Positions 7,610 to 16,760 of a DNA stretch of 32,098 nucleotides are shown piece after piece. The notes under the pieces are model-generated. The model searched no databases, was not told the origin of the DNA, and was given only the letters and a program-made list of their open reading frames with translations. A program made the translations under genes and the position numbers. Positions within the stretch are counted from its first letter, which is position 1. Each line of letters opens with the position of its first letter. Source of the stretch: a virus (Duplodnaviria; Caudoviricetes); IMG/VR virus record IMGVR_UViG_3300006025_000027, positions 1-32,098 of that record, one strand, 5' to 3'.

Positions 7610-9328
7610 TTATACTTTATGCTTTCCAGTTATTTCAAAGATAGAAAGCACATCTGTTGATGAACTATCAGGGCTATATCCTTCAACCTTATATTTAGCA
7701 GTCTTGGATTTTGCCCTTCCTAGTTTAAATCTAATTGTATCCCTATTGTTAACAATTAAGGTGTGGAAGTTCCAATACCCTCCGACCATTTTGTAAAAAA
7801 TGATCCTAGTATACTTTTTTCTATCGATGCCTGATAAATAACCAGATACCCTGCCGCCCGTTGCTTTGATTATCATCTCTGCATCAGGCCCCTCTTCTGG
7901 CTCTGCTACAGAAGGTGGAGGCATGTATTCTTTCTCTTCTAGAATAGGGGGGGTGGGAGGTACAATTTTTTGAATATGAAAAAAATCTGAGTCTGGTGGT
8001 ATCACTACTGGCTCTGATGGGGGTGCGGGTGGTGCTGGAGTTGGTTCAGGTTTTGCAGGATCTGGAGTAGGCGTAGGTGTGGGTGTAGGCGTAGGTGTAG
8101 GCGTAGGTGTAGGTGTGGGTGTAGGCGTAGGAGTGGGTGTAGGTGTAGGAGTGGGCGTAGGTGTAGGAGTGGGCGTAGGTGTAGGAGTGGGGGTGGGTGA
8201 TTCAGATTGACCAACGTTAGCCAAAGATTTTGTAGTCCCAGGAAGGTAGTGGGAAACGGCAACAACGGCAGTAGATTTAATGTATGAGTCAACGCTTGAG
8301 GGAGATGCAGACTTATTTTCTGCCAAATACGCCGCCGCAACCCCTGCAACATGTGGTGATGCCATTGATGTTCCAGACATTGTTTGTGATCCTCCACCAA
8401 GGGAGGTGGATACAATATTGCTTCCTGGTGCAAATATATCTACAACAGAGCCATAGTTAGTAAAATAAGAGTTTCTATCTGTTTTATCTGTAGATGCTAC
8501 AGTAATTGCTGAAGCCTCTGATGCGGGAGAATATTTTGAAGCATCAGTTCCAGAGTTGCCAGCCGCAACAACCATGGTAATTCCCTTAGACACGGCATTT
8601 CTTACCGCAATATTTACCGCCTCAGTTTTATGTCCCCCAAGACTCATATTTGCAACTGCCGCATATCCTGGATAAAGTCTACTGTGGTTGTTCGCTACCC
8701 AATTAATACCATCAATGACGGATGAGGAAGACCCCGATCCAGAGCAGTCAAGCACTCGCACACCTACAATTTTTGCGCTGGGGGCCACACCGTATGTAGA
8801 GGATGCCGCTGATCCCGCAACGTGTGTTCCATGACCATGGCAGTCCATTGGATCGCTATCGTTGTCAATAATGTCTATCCCACTTGAAGATGCCCTGCCT
8901 CCAAAGTCTGGATGAGTGTAGTCAATTCCAGTATCAATGATATAGATAACAGATCCGCTGCCTTTGCCAGAATAATCATAGTAGTTATCTAGAGGTAGTG
9001 TTTTTTGATTTAATCTATCAACGCCCCATGAGTAATTAAAAATAGACATTGGTTGGTCATTTTCAATTATGCTTACCTCTGGATTTTTTTGCAGTGCCTG
9101 CTTTTCTTCATAGGTAACTTCTCCAGAAACAACATTGCCATCTTTTTTTACAACAACCACACTTTCACCATAGGAGTCATCCTTAAGCAAATCTTCAACC
9201 GTTTCCTCTGTTAACGAGGCAGGAAATCCAACAATGTCATTAGAAAATTTATCATTAAACGCTTCAGCATTTGTTGTTGTTGTAATAAAAAAAATAGAGC
9301 AAAGTGATACGAAAGCAGCCGTTTTCAT
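7610..9328 (-). CDS. secreted subtilisin-like S8 serine protease (proteinase K/aqualysin type) with (PT)n linker and unknown C-terminal domain
   Basis: Signal peptide, propeptide, triad IDTGID / HGHGTH / SGTSMASPH, AAGN oxyanion. Confidence 0.95.
   Translation of the reverse strand: MKTAAFVSLCSIFFITTTTNAEAFNDKFSNDIVGFPASLTEETVEDLLKDDSYGESVVVVKKDGNVVSGEVTYEEKQALQKNPEVSIIENDQPMSIFNYSWGVDRLNQKTLPLDNYYDYSGKGSGSVIYIIDTGIDYTHPDFGGRASSSGIDIIDNDSDPMDCHGHGTHVAGSAASSTYGVAPSAKIVGVRVLDCSGSGSSSSVIDGINWVANNHSRLYPGYAAVANMSLGGHKTEAVNIAVRNAVSKGITMVVAAGNSGTDASKYSPASEASAITVASTDKTDRNSYFTNYGSVVDIFAPGSNIVSTSLGGGSQTMSGTSMASPHVAGVAAAYLAENKSASPSSVDSYIKSTAVVAVSHYLPGTTKSLANVGQSESPTPTPTPTPTPTPTPTPTPTPTPTPTPTPTPTPTPTPTPTPTPTPDPAKPEPTPAPPAPPSEPVVIPPDSDFFHIQKIVPPTPPILEEKEYMPPPSVAEPEEGPDAEMIIKATGGRVSGYLSGIDRKKYTRIIFYKMVGGYWNFHTLIVNNRDTIRFKLGRAKSKTAKYKVEGYSPDSSSTDVLSIFEITGKHKV
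8063..8197 (-). repeat. coding hexamer repeat encoding (Pro-Thr)22-Pro
   Basis: CCN-ACN units with varied third positions. Confidence 0.95.
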
Positions 9329-9336
9329 TTTATCTC

Positions 9337-10377
9337 CTAAATAGCGTGCGGCCTTGATTCCTTAACACTATTATAGGTTATTTCAACGTATTCTGCAATA
9401 GCGGAAAGATTTTTTAAAGATTCTACTCCTGAATAAGAGCAGCCGCTTCCCAGACCTCCCCTTATTTGATCAAATATATGATTCACAGACCCTTTGTAAG
9501 GAGTAGTGGTAGAGATTCCTTCAGAAACTGAAACCCTACCCCTAGAATCTTTTTGTGCCTGAGAAGAGGCCATTCCACGAAAAATCTTGGCCTCTTTTCC
9601 ATTATGATCTATAATAATATCTCCAGGGGACTCATCTGTGCCAGCAAGCATAGAGCCAATCATTACTGCATCTGCTCCTGCTGCAAATGCCTTGACCATA
9701 TCTCCACTATTACGAATTCCTCCATCTGCAACAATAGAGCATTCAACGCCATTCATTTCTCTCAACTCTTCTACATCCATAATAGATGCAAGAGTTGGTA
9801 CACCATGACCGCTTACGATTCTTGTTGTGCAGGCACTCCCTCCACCAATACCCACTCTAACAGAATCTGCTCCCGCCTCTGCCAACCTCATAAATCCATC
9901 AGCAGTTGCAACATTACCAGCCATAATATGAATGTCGTCACCATATGCTGCTTTCAAACCGTGTACCGCCCTAATTGCATACTCGCTGTGACCATTTGCA
10001 GTATCAACAAGAAATATCCTTGTTCCAGCATCATATAACTCTTGAGATAGATTCATATACCCATTAGTTGCTGCAACAGATACTCCAAATCTATGCTTTG
10101 CGTCTGATAGAACCTTTGTCTTGTTAATCAACATATCTTCTGGCATATATCTATGAAGAATACCTAGGCCTCCTGCCTTAGAAAGCACCATGCACATTTC
10201 TACATCACATACTGTATCCATGGGGGCAGCGATAACAGGAAAGTCCAGTACAATCTCTCTTTCCCCATATCCAATGACCATGGAAAGATCTACTTCATGT
10301 CTTGACTTTACCTCGCTATCTTGGGGCACAAGCAGAATGTCATCGAAACATAATGCTGTCTTGTTATACGGAATCAT
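9337..10377 (-). CDS. IMP dehydrogenase / GMP reductase family enzyme lacking CBS domains
   Basis: [62 protein letters not shown]. Confidence 0.93.
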   Translation of the reverse strand: MIPYNKTALCFDDILLVPQDSEVKSRHEVDLSMVIGYGEREIVLDFPVIAAPMDTVCDVEMCMVLSKAGGLGILHRYMPEDMLINKTKVLSDAKHRFGVSVAATNGYMNLSQELYDAGTRIFLVDTANGHSEYAIRAVHGLKAAYGDDIHIMAGNVATADGFMRLAEAGADSVRVGIGGGSACTTRIVSGHGVPTLASIMDVEELREMNGVECSIVADGGIRNSGDMVKAFAAGADAVMIGSMLAGTDESPGDIIIDHNGKEAKIFRGMASSQAQKDSRGRVSVSEGISTTTPYKGSVNHIFDQIRGGLGSGCSYSGVESLKNLSAIAEYVEITYNSVKESRPHAI

Positions 10378-10642
10378 ATGCTCCCTCACAGCAGCCGTCG
10401 CACCCATGGATGTGCTCTGCCCAACTACTAGGTCCGTTTAACCTGTATTCATCTGGGTCTGGATGACCAACCCCATGCTCACAGATACGTTCCATTAGAC
10501 TTCTGTCTTCCCTCCAATGTTGAGGGTAGTGCCTCATGCTATGCATGGAACGATTATGAATGGTACAATTTTGATTCTTGCACGCAAAGTTTGGGTGAGT
10601 ATAAATAATCTCACCAGAGTTTTCTAATTGAACCCTGTCCAC
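10364..10642 (-). CDS. Cys/His-rich hypothetical protein
   Basis: C..HN.S.H, ERICEHGVGHPDPD, HGCDGCC. Confidence 0.75.
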   Translation of the reverse strand: MDRVQLENSGEIIYTHPNFACKNQNCTIHNRSMHSMRHYPQHWREDRSLMERICEHGVGHPDPDEYRLNGPSSWAEHIHGCDGCCEGAYDSV

Positions 10643-10821
10643 TACTTTTCCCTAGTTTCTGTAGAATAAAATCCAGATCCGTTAAAGATTACTGGTGAAG
10701 AATTAAACAATTTTTTTACCGCCGCATGGCATGTTGGGCAGTATGCAAGGGTGCTGTCATTCATTGATTGACGATAATCAAAGTCTCCACATACATTACA
10801 GCGGTATCTATAAGTTGGCAC
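10642..10821 (-). CDS. FmdB-family zinc-ribbon protein
   Basis: PTYRYRC..CG...CPTC...F.GSGFY.T; GTG start after ggagg. Confidence 0.85.
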   Translation of the reverse strand: MPTYRYRCNVCGDFDYRQSMNDSTLAYCPTCHAAVKKLFNSSPVIFNGSGFYSTETREK

Positions 10822-11159
10822 TATGACCTGTGCCTCCACTCTGAATATCCAAGAAAATCATCCTGGCTTTCTGTGTATGGTGCAATCTCATCATCTTGTG
10901 GCAAGGCAGCCTTACGAAGATTGCCTGCTTCCATTACAGCCCTCTTTTCTTCCTGCTTCTTCTCTGCCGCCCACACCTTCTTGCCTGCGGCTCCTGCACC
11001 AATGGCAATGGTTTCTGCGGCGGTAACGAAAGCAGCAACAATATCCTCTGGATGAACTCGCTCATCCTTATTAAAATGATTTGTTACTTCTAGTGACTGA
11101 ACAACAAGATCAGCAAACTCCCGTGTCGTCATGTACCATTCTGGCTTATTCCAACTCAT
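10821..11159 (-). CDS. hypothetical protein
   Basis: ORF track; aaggag SD. Confidence 0.7.
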   Translation of the reverse strand: MSWNKPEWYMTTREFADLVVQSLEVTNHFNKDERVHPEDIVAAFVTAAETIAIGAGAAGKKVWAAEKKQEEKRAVMEAGNLRKAALPQDDEIAPYTESQDDFLGYSEWRHRS

Positions 11160-11365
11160 TTCTTCTCCTTATGACAATTGCATCCACATTTTCCAAATGT
11201 GAATTGATATTTACACCCATCGTGGTAGCCTGTCGAACACCAACCAGACGACCTTTCTAGTTGCCTATCTGGTGTTGGATCAGGCCAGTCATCTTCAACC
11301 GACCTTTTCTTTTTACCCATTTTTCTCCGTAACTCTACGCCAGTTTCCGTGGTATAAGTATACAC
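11156..11365 (-). CDS. small Cys-rich hypothetical protein
   Basis: SGWC.TG.H..C...C.C.CH. Confidence 0.65.
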   Translation of the reverse strand: MYTYTTETGVELRRKMGKKKRSVEDDWPDPTPDRQLERSSGWCSTGYHDGCKYQFTFGKCGCNCHKEKK

Positions 11366-11374
11366 GAAGCATTA

Positions 11375-12466
11375 CTACTGGTCAATTATTTCATTAAAAA
11401 CATTTTCCCATTCATCTGCTCTAGAATCAATAGTGTGATTCTCTTTTAACAACTCATAATTTTTTTCAGATTCTTCTTTTCTTGTTTTTGGATTTATCAA
11501 CTCTTCTAAGATTTCTAGCCATTCATCTTCATTATTGGCTACCCTACCTATACCTTGGTTAGCAAGCAGTTCATATTCAGGACTCCAAGACGACACAAAA
11601 GGAATTCCAGAGGCTGCGTACTCAAGTCCTTTGATTGTAGACTTTGCATGATTAAAAGGTATGTTGCTTAATGGGACAATTCCAACATTAATTTTTCTAA
11701 ACATTTGCGGATACTCGCTCATGAGTCTTCTGGGTTCCTTGGTTATTTTTACTGTGTCAGGAATGCCCATCATTTGCACAATATCTTTATTAAGATTTTT
11801 AATGTGCCCAGCATGGTGAAATGATAATCTATTTTTTTCTAAAAATTTTCCAAAAAATGGAGACATTTCTTCTAAATCATTTGATCGCCAAGGAATGGCA
11901 CCAACCCAGCCAAAGGTGGGAAGCCACCTTGAATGATCACCCTTTTTGTGCCACTGATCTAAAGAAACAGAATTACGAACTAAATAAACATTGTCCACTC
12001 CTTTATTTTTTTTGTAATAATCATAAAGAAATTGTGTAGATGTTATAACTCCATCAGCCATATCAATTATCTCTAAATATATATCTCTATTTATATCATC
12101 ATTTTTTGAGGGGTCTGTTGTGGAATAAGCAAAATTTGTTTCCCTTAAATCTTCATAAAAATCGTCAACATCAACAAATATTTTTTGATCTGGTCTTTTG
12201 TTTTTCATAATTTCTAAAATATTTCTATGCATTATTAATTTAAAAACTACTACATCCCAGTCAAACATTCTTTTATCTTCAGATATAAGTGCTCCAAAAC
12301 CGTGATTTTCATCATAATCTGGAATGGCTACTGCTATCTCAAAACCTCTTTTTGCCAATTCTTTTCCAGGCATAACGCAACGATACCACGCGCAGCCGTT
12401 AGCCTGGATCGGCTTTGATTTTGAAAAGTCTGTTGTTAAAAATGCTATACTCTTTTTTTGTTTCAT
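11375..12466 (-). CDS. GT-B fold glycosyltransferase (GT4-like)
   Basis: GCAWYRC..P, DVDD, GWVG, IVPL..IPFN.AKS.IK.LEYAASGIP. Confidence 0.85.
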   Translation of the reverse strand: MKQKKSIAFLTTDFSKSKPIQANGCAWYRCVMPGKELAKRGFEIAVAIPDYDENHGFGALISEDKRMFDWDVVVFKLIMHRNILEIMKNKRPDQKIFVDVDDFYEDLRETNFAYSTTDPSKNDDINRDIYLEIIDMADGVITSTQFLYDYYKKNKGVDNVYLVRNSVSLDQWHKKGDHSRWLPTFGWVGAIPWRSNDLEEMSPFFGKFLEKNRLSFHHAGHIKNLNKDIVQMMGIPDTVKITKEPRRLMSEYPQMFRKINVGIVPLSNIPFNHAKSTIKGLEYAASGIPFVSSWSPEYELLANQGIGRVANNEDEWLEILEELINPKTRKEESEKNYELLKENHTIDSRADEWENVFNEIIDQ

Positions 12467-12481
12467 TGATGCTCCTTAACG

Positions 12482-12553
12482 CTGGCGTGGTAGGATTCGA
12501 ACCTACAACCCATCGATTAACAGTCGATTGCGCTGCCGTTGCGCCACACGCCA
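12482..12553 (-). tRNA. tRNA-Asn(GTT)
   Basis: Cloverleaf; atcga-CTGTTAA-tcgat; TTCGAAT; U1-A72; no encoded CCA. Confidence 0.95.
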
Positions 12554-12558
12554 TGGCG

Positions 12559-12630
12559 AGCCTCCTGTCCGATTCGAACGGACGACAGCCGCATTACAAG
12601 TGCGGTACTCTACCCCTGAGTTAAGGAGGC
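12559..12630 (-). tRNA. tRNA-Thr(TGT)
   Basis: gcctcct/aggaggc acceptor; ccgca-CTTGTAA-tgcgg. Confidence 0.95.
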
Positions 12631-12640
12631 GTGCCTGCAA

Positions 12641-12865
12641 TTATACAGGACTTGATTCGGATGGTTTCTCATTAATCTTATGAGTTTCATCAATAACCTC
12701 AAATGCATAAGCACGCAAAGAATCTTCGTGCTTAAGGAAATGATGGCGGCAAAACAAAAGATCTCCTGCTACCCCATTTACCCATACAAAAGCCTGACTT
12801 GAACAACGATCACAACGATCAGTTACCTTGAGAACATTTGTACGCTCTTCTGTCATAGTTTCCAT
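12641..12865 (-). CDS. actinobacterial-type small zinc-finger protein (DRCDRC...LLFC.HH)
   Basis: CxxC + CxHH; aaggag SD. Confidence 0.75.
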   Translation of the reverse strand: METMTEERTNVLKVTDRCDRCSSQAFVWVNGVAGDLLFCRHHFLKHEDSLRAYAFEVIDETHKINEKPSESSPV

Positions 12866-12893
12866 GCCGTCTCCTTTATTATCGATTGTGTAT

Positions 12894-12923
12894 ATTGTAC
12901 TATCAATAAAGAAATTTTGTCAA
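12894..12923 (-). promoter_or_regulatory. promoter TTGACA-N18-TACAAT
   Basis: Direct match upstream of the zinc-finger gene and tRNA pair. Confidence 0.7.
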
Positions 12924-13282
12924 GATTTCTTTGGTATAAAATTTTCTTTTTTACCTTTACCCCAATACTCTACTGCGTAATTTTTTTCTATTAATATTTC
13001 GTTTAAGCACTCTTCTGTTTCAATAATAATAATTTTTGCCAAGTACCTGCCAAACTTTTCTCTTTTATCTTTTTCTGACCTCAGAAAAATTTCTTTGCCA
13101 ACGGGAAGAATACTTTTAACATAGTCTATTGCTTCTTTTCCTAAGTCAGTATTTTTTTCTGCGGCATTTATACCTAGAAGTCGGACCCTTTGATGAATAG
13201 ATATGTCAAAACCAAGATCCACGGACACATCTACTGTATCTGCGTCTACAACTCTTGTAATCTTTGCCTTATACTCATACAT
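12920..13282 (-). CDS. thermonuclease (SNase) family nuclease
   Basis: MYEY.A...RVVDADT, RVRLLGI.A.E, KFGRYLA. Confidence 0.88.
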   Translation of the reverse strand: MYEYKAKITRVVDADTVDVSVDLGFDISIHQRVRLLGINAAEKNTDLGKEAIDYVKSILPVGKEIFLRSEKDKREKFGRYLAKIIIIETEECLNEILIEKNYAVEYWGKGKKENFIPKKS

Positions 13283-13290
13283 ATATATCC

Positions 13291-13965
13291 CTATTTAAAT
13301 ATTGGTATTTTTCTATTTATTGGTATACACATTTCTGCTCTTTCTGAAACAAGAAATTCTAAATCTTTGTAAGAAATATATGCAGATCCATTAAAACCAT
13401 ATTTCTTCCCCCAAGAATTCCTCCACCTAAATACTTTAGAGACTGCATCATAGCCTGTAACAGTGAGACAATGACCTCCCACCAAGTCTCCATCAATTTT
13501 GACAAACCCATTTGGGAGTGTCATATACATTGCTTCATACCAGTTAACCCCTATAACCACTGGACCCAGTTGTATAACAGAATCTCTTAGATCTTCAATG
13601 CTAAAGCACCACCTATATTCCTCAATGTGACCATCCTGCATCATTATCTTTGCTCCTGCTAAAACAGAAGTTCCTTCGTATTGTTCTCCAGGCCACTCGT
13701 CTATTTTTTGTGCTCTTTTATAAAAACTGTTGGCAATTGTATTTCCTACTAATTCGCTTGGTTGTTTATTGGGTGCAAATGGTTCCGAAAGAAGTTCTGC
13801 TGTCCAACCAAACCCCACACATGCGCCCTCGCTACCCTGATCTAAGACAGTTCCTTCTTTCCACATCTTTGTTTCTTCTTTTATATCTTTAGAAAATATA
13901 GATCTTACAGAATAATCCCTGGATCTTTTATCAAAGAGTGGTGACCAATCCAGAGTTTTTTTCAT
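13291..13965 (-). CDS. papain-like C1 cysteine peptidase (leaderless)
   Basis: DQGSEGACVGF, GGHC...GYD, RNSWG; TGaGATAAT 6 nt before ATG. Confidence 0.9.
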   Translation of the reverse strand: MKKTLDWSPLFDKRSRDYSVRSIFSKDIKEETKMWKEGTVLDQGSEGACVGFGWTAELLSEPFAPNKQPSELVGNTIANSFYKRAQKIDEWPGEQYEGTSVLAGAKIMMQDGHIEEYRWCFSIEDLRDSVIQLGPVVIGVNWYEAMYMTLPNGFVKIDGDLVGGHCLTVTGYDAVSKVFRWRNSWGKKYGFNGSAYISYKDLEFLVSERAEMCIPINRKIPIFK

Positions 13966-13989
13966 AAATATATTATCTCACACTATTTG

Positions 13990-14069
13990 TGCCCGATGCT
14001 GGAATCGAACCAGCCATGCCAACGGCGACGGTTTTACAGACCGCTTCCCCACCTTGGGGACTATCGGGC
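13990..14069 (-). tRNA. tRNA-Tyr(GTA), long variable arm, atypical D-arm
   Basis: gcccgat/atcgggc acceptor; gcggt-CTGTAAA-accgt; A73. Confidence 0.88.
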
Positions 14070-14074
14070 TTAAG

Positions 14075-14147
14075 TGCCCCTGGCAGGAGTCGAACCTGCG
14101 ACTTAAGCATTAGAAGTGCTCCACTCTGTCCTCTGAGTTACAGGGGC
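14075..14147 (-). tRNA. tRNA-Arg(TCT)
   Basis: gcccctg/caggggc; gagca-CTTCTAA-tgctt. Confidence 0.95.
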
Positions 14148-14168
14148 GTAACATCAACTTCCCAAGCG

Positions 14169-14239
14169 AGCGGCTGACCAGAATCGAACTGGCGATAAGA
14201 GTTTGGAAGACTCTTGTGTTACCTCTACACCACAGCCGC
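14169..14239 (-). tRNA. tRNA-Gly(TCC)
   Basis: gcggctg/cagccgc; agagt-CTTCCAA-actct; U73. Confidence 0.95.
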
Positions 14240-14246
14240 GAATAGG

Positions 14247-14444
14247 CTACCTTGTAGTCTTGGTCCACTGCAATTTGTATTGCTTTAGACCCATTCGATA
14301 GCACCTATTGTACTCCTCTGCGTACTTCTTTTCAAGTGCCTCGCCTTGCTTACCGCCAACAGACTTCTTGATAGAGTCCATTGCCTTTTCTAGATCACGC
14401 AATGCACGCTGATCTTCTTCTGTATAATCTTCTTTAGACTTCAA
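14247..14444 (-). CDS. hypothetical protein
   Basis: TTG start with ggagg SD; overlaps upstream stop. Confidence 0.65.
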   Translation of the reverse strand: MKSKEDYTEEDQRALRDLEKAMDSIKKSVGGKQGEALEKKYAEEYNRCYRMGLKQYKLQWTKTTR

Positions 14445-14929
14445 CTTGCTACCTCCAATAGTTCCTCGTTATACATTAATAGATGCGTAGGCCACACATA
14501 ACTGCATTTATCGCAACATGAGATGGCCTCGTCATGCACGAACTCTGCATAAAACTCTGGGTCTTTATTATATAGATTATTACGATGAGACTGATGAACA
14601 CGCTCATCACCCCACCACGGAGGCATTATGATATTGTCTCCACGATCCCAATTCCAATCGTACATCTCTTGAATAGCATCCCAATTCTTTTCTGTACTAA
14701 TGCCGCGCTCATCGCACTCATACTTAATAGCAATGAGGTATTCAAAGAGTGCATTATCATAATTGCGCCACATCTTAACAGCAGGATGATTAACCCAACC
14801 ACCTTTAGTACGTTTGTTGGCTAAAATGCTGTAGATTTGACGACCCTCTAATAATTGCTTATTAAGTCGCTTGTTGTCTAGCACAGCCGCAGACTCAAGC
14901 ATGTCTGCATAAGGAACAAATGTTTGCAT
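14441..14929 (-). CDS. pyrimidine-dimer DNA glycosylase (T4 endonuclease V-like)
   Basis: MQTFVP...LD.KRL.KQ..E..QI, GW.NHPAV.MW, PPW.G...H.SHR.NL..KDP..Y; start moved to 14929. Confidence 0.85.
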   Translation of the reverse strand: MQTFVPYADMLESAAVLDNKRLNKQLLEGRQIYSILANKRTKGGWVNHPAVKMWRNYDNALFEYLIAIKYECDERGISTEKNWDAIQEMYDWNWDRGDNIIMPPWWGDERVHQSHRNNLYNKDPEFYAEFVHDEAISCCDKCSYVWPTHLLMYNEELLEVAS

Positions 14930-14956
14930 TGTTTTCCTTTGTTTGTAGGGGCTTAT

Positions 14957-14986
14957 ATTATCGCATGTCGTTACAATATTTGTCAA
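14957..14986 (-). promoter_or_regulatory. promoter TTGACA-N18-GATAAT with extended TG
   Basis: Direct match upstream of the glycosylase and tRNA trio. Confidence 0.65.
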
Positions 14987-15521
14987 ACATATCTTGATGA
15001 AATGTCTCATCTTCTTTGATAAATACCGCCGCACGACCAATAGTTTTGCGTGGTTTGCAGATATCTTCTACAGCATGATAACTTCCTCTATTTACATAAT
15101 CATCCCAGAAGATAATTGTTCCTGGCTTTGCATGACCAATAGAATATAAGAAGCACGCCACTCTAAATCTACCGTCGATAATGATAGTGTCGGGATCTAT
15201 ACCTTTTTCTTTTGCCATATTCCAGGGTGCTACAGGATATTCAGGCCACCTGTGCTGATAGTCTTTATTGATTGGATACCCCCACATTTTTGTTTCACCA
15301 ACGTAAACATGAATAGGTACAAGAAGTGGACCATCCTTATTGTATTCTGCAACCACTTTGTCTAAAAACTTTTTATCATTCTCTGTTGAAATAATTGCTT
15401 GAGCATTAGACTTTCCACCATAGATGGTGGAGCCACCTGAACCATATTCAAGAATGATGCTTGCTTCATCAATCATATTCTTTAACGCTTTTGTTTCATC
15501 GGCAGGCATTGCTATTTTCAT
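14958..15521 (-). CDS. class I SAM-dependent methyltransferase-like protein
   Basis: ILEYGSGGST, IDGRFRVAC, DDY..R..Y; start MKIAMP coupled to the GT25 stop. Confidence 0.78.
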   Translation of the reverse strand: MKIAMPADETKALKNMIDEASIILEYGSGGSTIYGGKSNAQAIISTENDKKFLDKVVAEYNKDGPLLVPIHVYVGETKMWGYPINKDYQHRWPEYPVAPWNMAKEKGIDPDTIIIDGRFRVACFLYSIGHAKPGTIIFWDDYVNRGSYHAVEDICKPRKTIGRAAVFIKEDETFHQDMFDKYCNDMR

Positions 15522-16156
15522 AGTTTGTCCATCTCCACATAACTGCAATCATGCAAGGACTTCTTTGTTAGCCCCCGCGTTCCATTATCATCTTGATAAA
15601 ATATTGGCTCATTCAGGGAGTAGATCTTATACTCTGGATGAAACTTAGAGATGCTTACATCTCCAGCCTTATAAGTATCTGGATCTGCAATAAACTTTTC
15701 CATAATATCGACGCAAGCCTGATCATAAATTGGATTAAGATGTATGATTGCATGGCGAGCAAGCATATTATATACCCTGTGATAATCATCGTTTAACTCA
15801 GTAATCTTTAGGCTCTTTGGAAATGGTTCATCTTGATTATGATTCCAACCATATCTACTAAAGCCAATATATACTGCATCAGCATCGTCTGGAACCTTTA
15901 TACTTTTCTTAAACTTAAAAATATCCAGATCGTCCTCAAGAATTAAACAAGGATAGTTATTCTCTGAAATAATATTTTTTAATAATTCAGAGTGAGACAT
16001 TGAGCACCCAACTCTTTTTCCTGCTTTTTTACCAGAAAATCTTTTAACATTAGAGAATCCATATTTTTTTAAAAGTCTTTCCATTTTATTTTTTCTTTCT
16101 ACTTTTTCGTCTAGGTTTATGTAAAAAGTAGGAAGTTGGGTTATATCAATAATCAT
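15518..16156 (-). CDS. glycosyltransferase family 25-like
   Basis: YINLD....RK, GC.MSH, LILEDD. Confidence 0.78.
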   Translation of the reverse strand: MIIDITQLPTFYINLDEKVERKNKMERLLKKYGFSNVKRFSGKKAGKRVGCSMSHSELLKNIISENNYPCLILEDDLDIFKFKKSIKVPDDADAVYIGFSRYGWNHNQDEPFPKSLKITELNDDYHRVYNMLARHAIIHLNPIYDQACVDIMEKFIADPDTYKAGDVSISKFHPEYKIYSLNEPIFYQDDNGTRGLTKKSLHDCSYVEMDKL

Positions 16157-16327
16157 TTATTTAGGGCTATCCTTTACAGAAGAATTTGTCAAGGTCTCAA
16201 TTTGATTATTAAGTAGAAGTATTTGAGCATTTAGGTTAGCAATTTCTGCCTCGTAAGATCTAGCATTATTTCCCATTCTGTCTATAGTAACATTAAGGGT
16301 ATTCTGTAACAACTCTTCTTGATTCAT
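16157..16327 (-). CDS. 56-aa coiled-coil hypothetical protein
   Basis: Hand-translated MNQEELLQNTL...YEAEIANLNAQI; aggag SD; fills the gap exactly. Confidence 0.7.
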   Translation of the reverse strand: MNQEELLQNTLNVTIDRMGNNARSYEAEIANLNAQILLLNNQIETLTNSSVKDSPK

Positions 16328-16516
16328 TTATTTCTCCTTAATATATTCTTTACACATTTCATAAATTATACACCTTCTTGAGTGCCTGATCGCACCCTTT
16401 TTGGTGATACATTTTTTTGTTTTAACATAAACTATTCTATCTTCTCCAACATAGCATTTTTCAACTACATAAAAAAAATTGCTTTTGGTAATATTAATCC
16501 AAAACCTGTCACTCAT
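16328..16516 (-). CDS. hypothetical protein
   Basis: ORF track. Confidence 0.55.
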   Translation of the reverse strand: MSDRFWINITKSNFFYVVEKCYVGEDRIVYVKTKKCITKKGAIRHSRRCIIYEMCKEYIKEK

Positions 16517-16721
16517 GGATTAAGTCCAATGGTGTTGGAGCGGTGACCCTTGTTTTGCAAATGGCACATTCTGCATTTAGCAGATACTGCGCTATCTCGT
16601 ACCCCTCATCAAACACCGCCTGAATAGTAAAAAGCGTTGATGCACAACTTGGACACTCTCTTGTTGGTATACCTCTAGCGTCTAGCATTCCACTTTTTGT
16701 ATCGCCATATGACTCATCCAT
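16509..16721 (-). CDS. zinc-ribbon hypothetical protein (leaderless)
   Basis: RGIPT..CPSC...CAIC...TAPTP. Confidence 0.7.
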   Translation of the reverse strand: MDESYGDTKSGMLDARGIPTRECPSCASTLFTIQAVFDEGYEIAQYLLNAECAICKTRVTAPTPLDLIHE

Positions 16722-16727
16722 GCCACA

Positions 16728-16757
16728 ATTTTACACTATGACATGGATGGTTGTCAA
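16728..16757 (-). promoter_or_regulatory. promoter TTGACA-N18-TAAAAT, ATG 6 nt downstream
   Basis: Direct match. Confidence 0.75.
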
Positions 16758-16760
16758 TAA

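Noticed and set aside
8005-8433. 142-aa His/Leu-rich ORF
   Set aside because: Off-frame read of the PT repeat within the subtilase
5961-15521. Methyltransferases as DNA MTases of a restriction-modification system
   Set aside because: No DPPY/NPPY or PCQ motifs; they resemble small-molecule or sugar MTases
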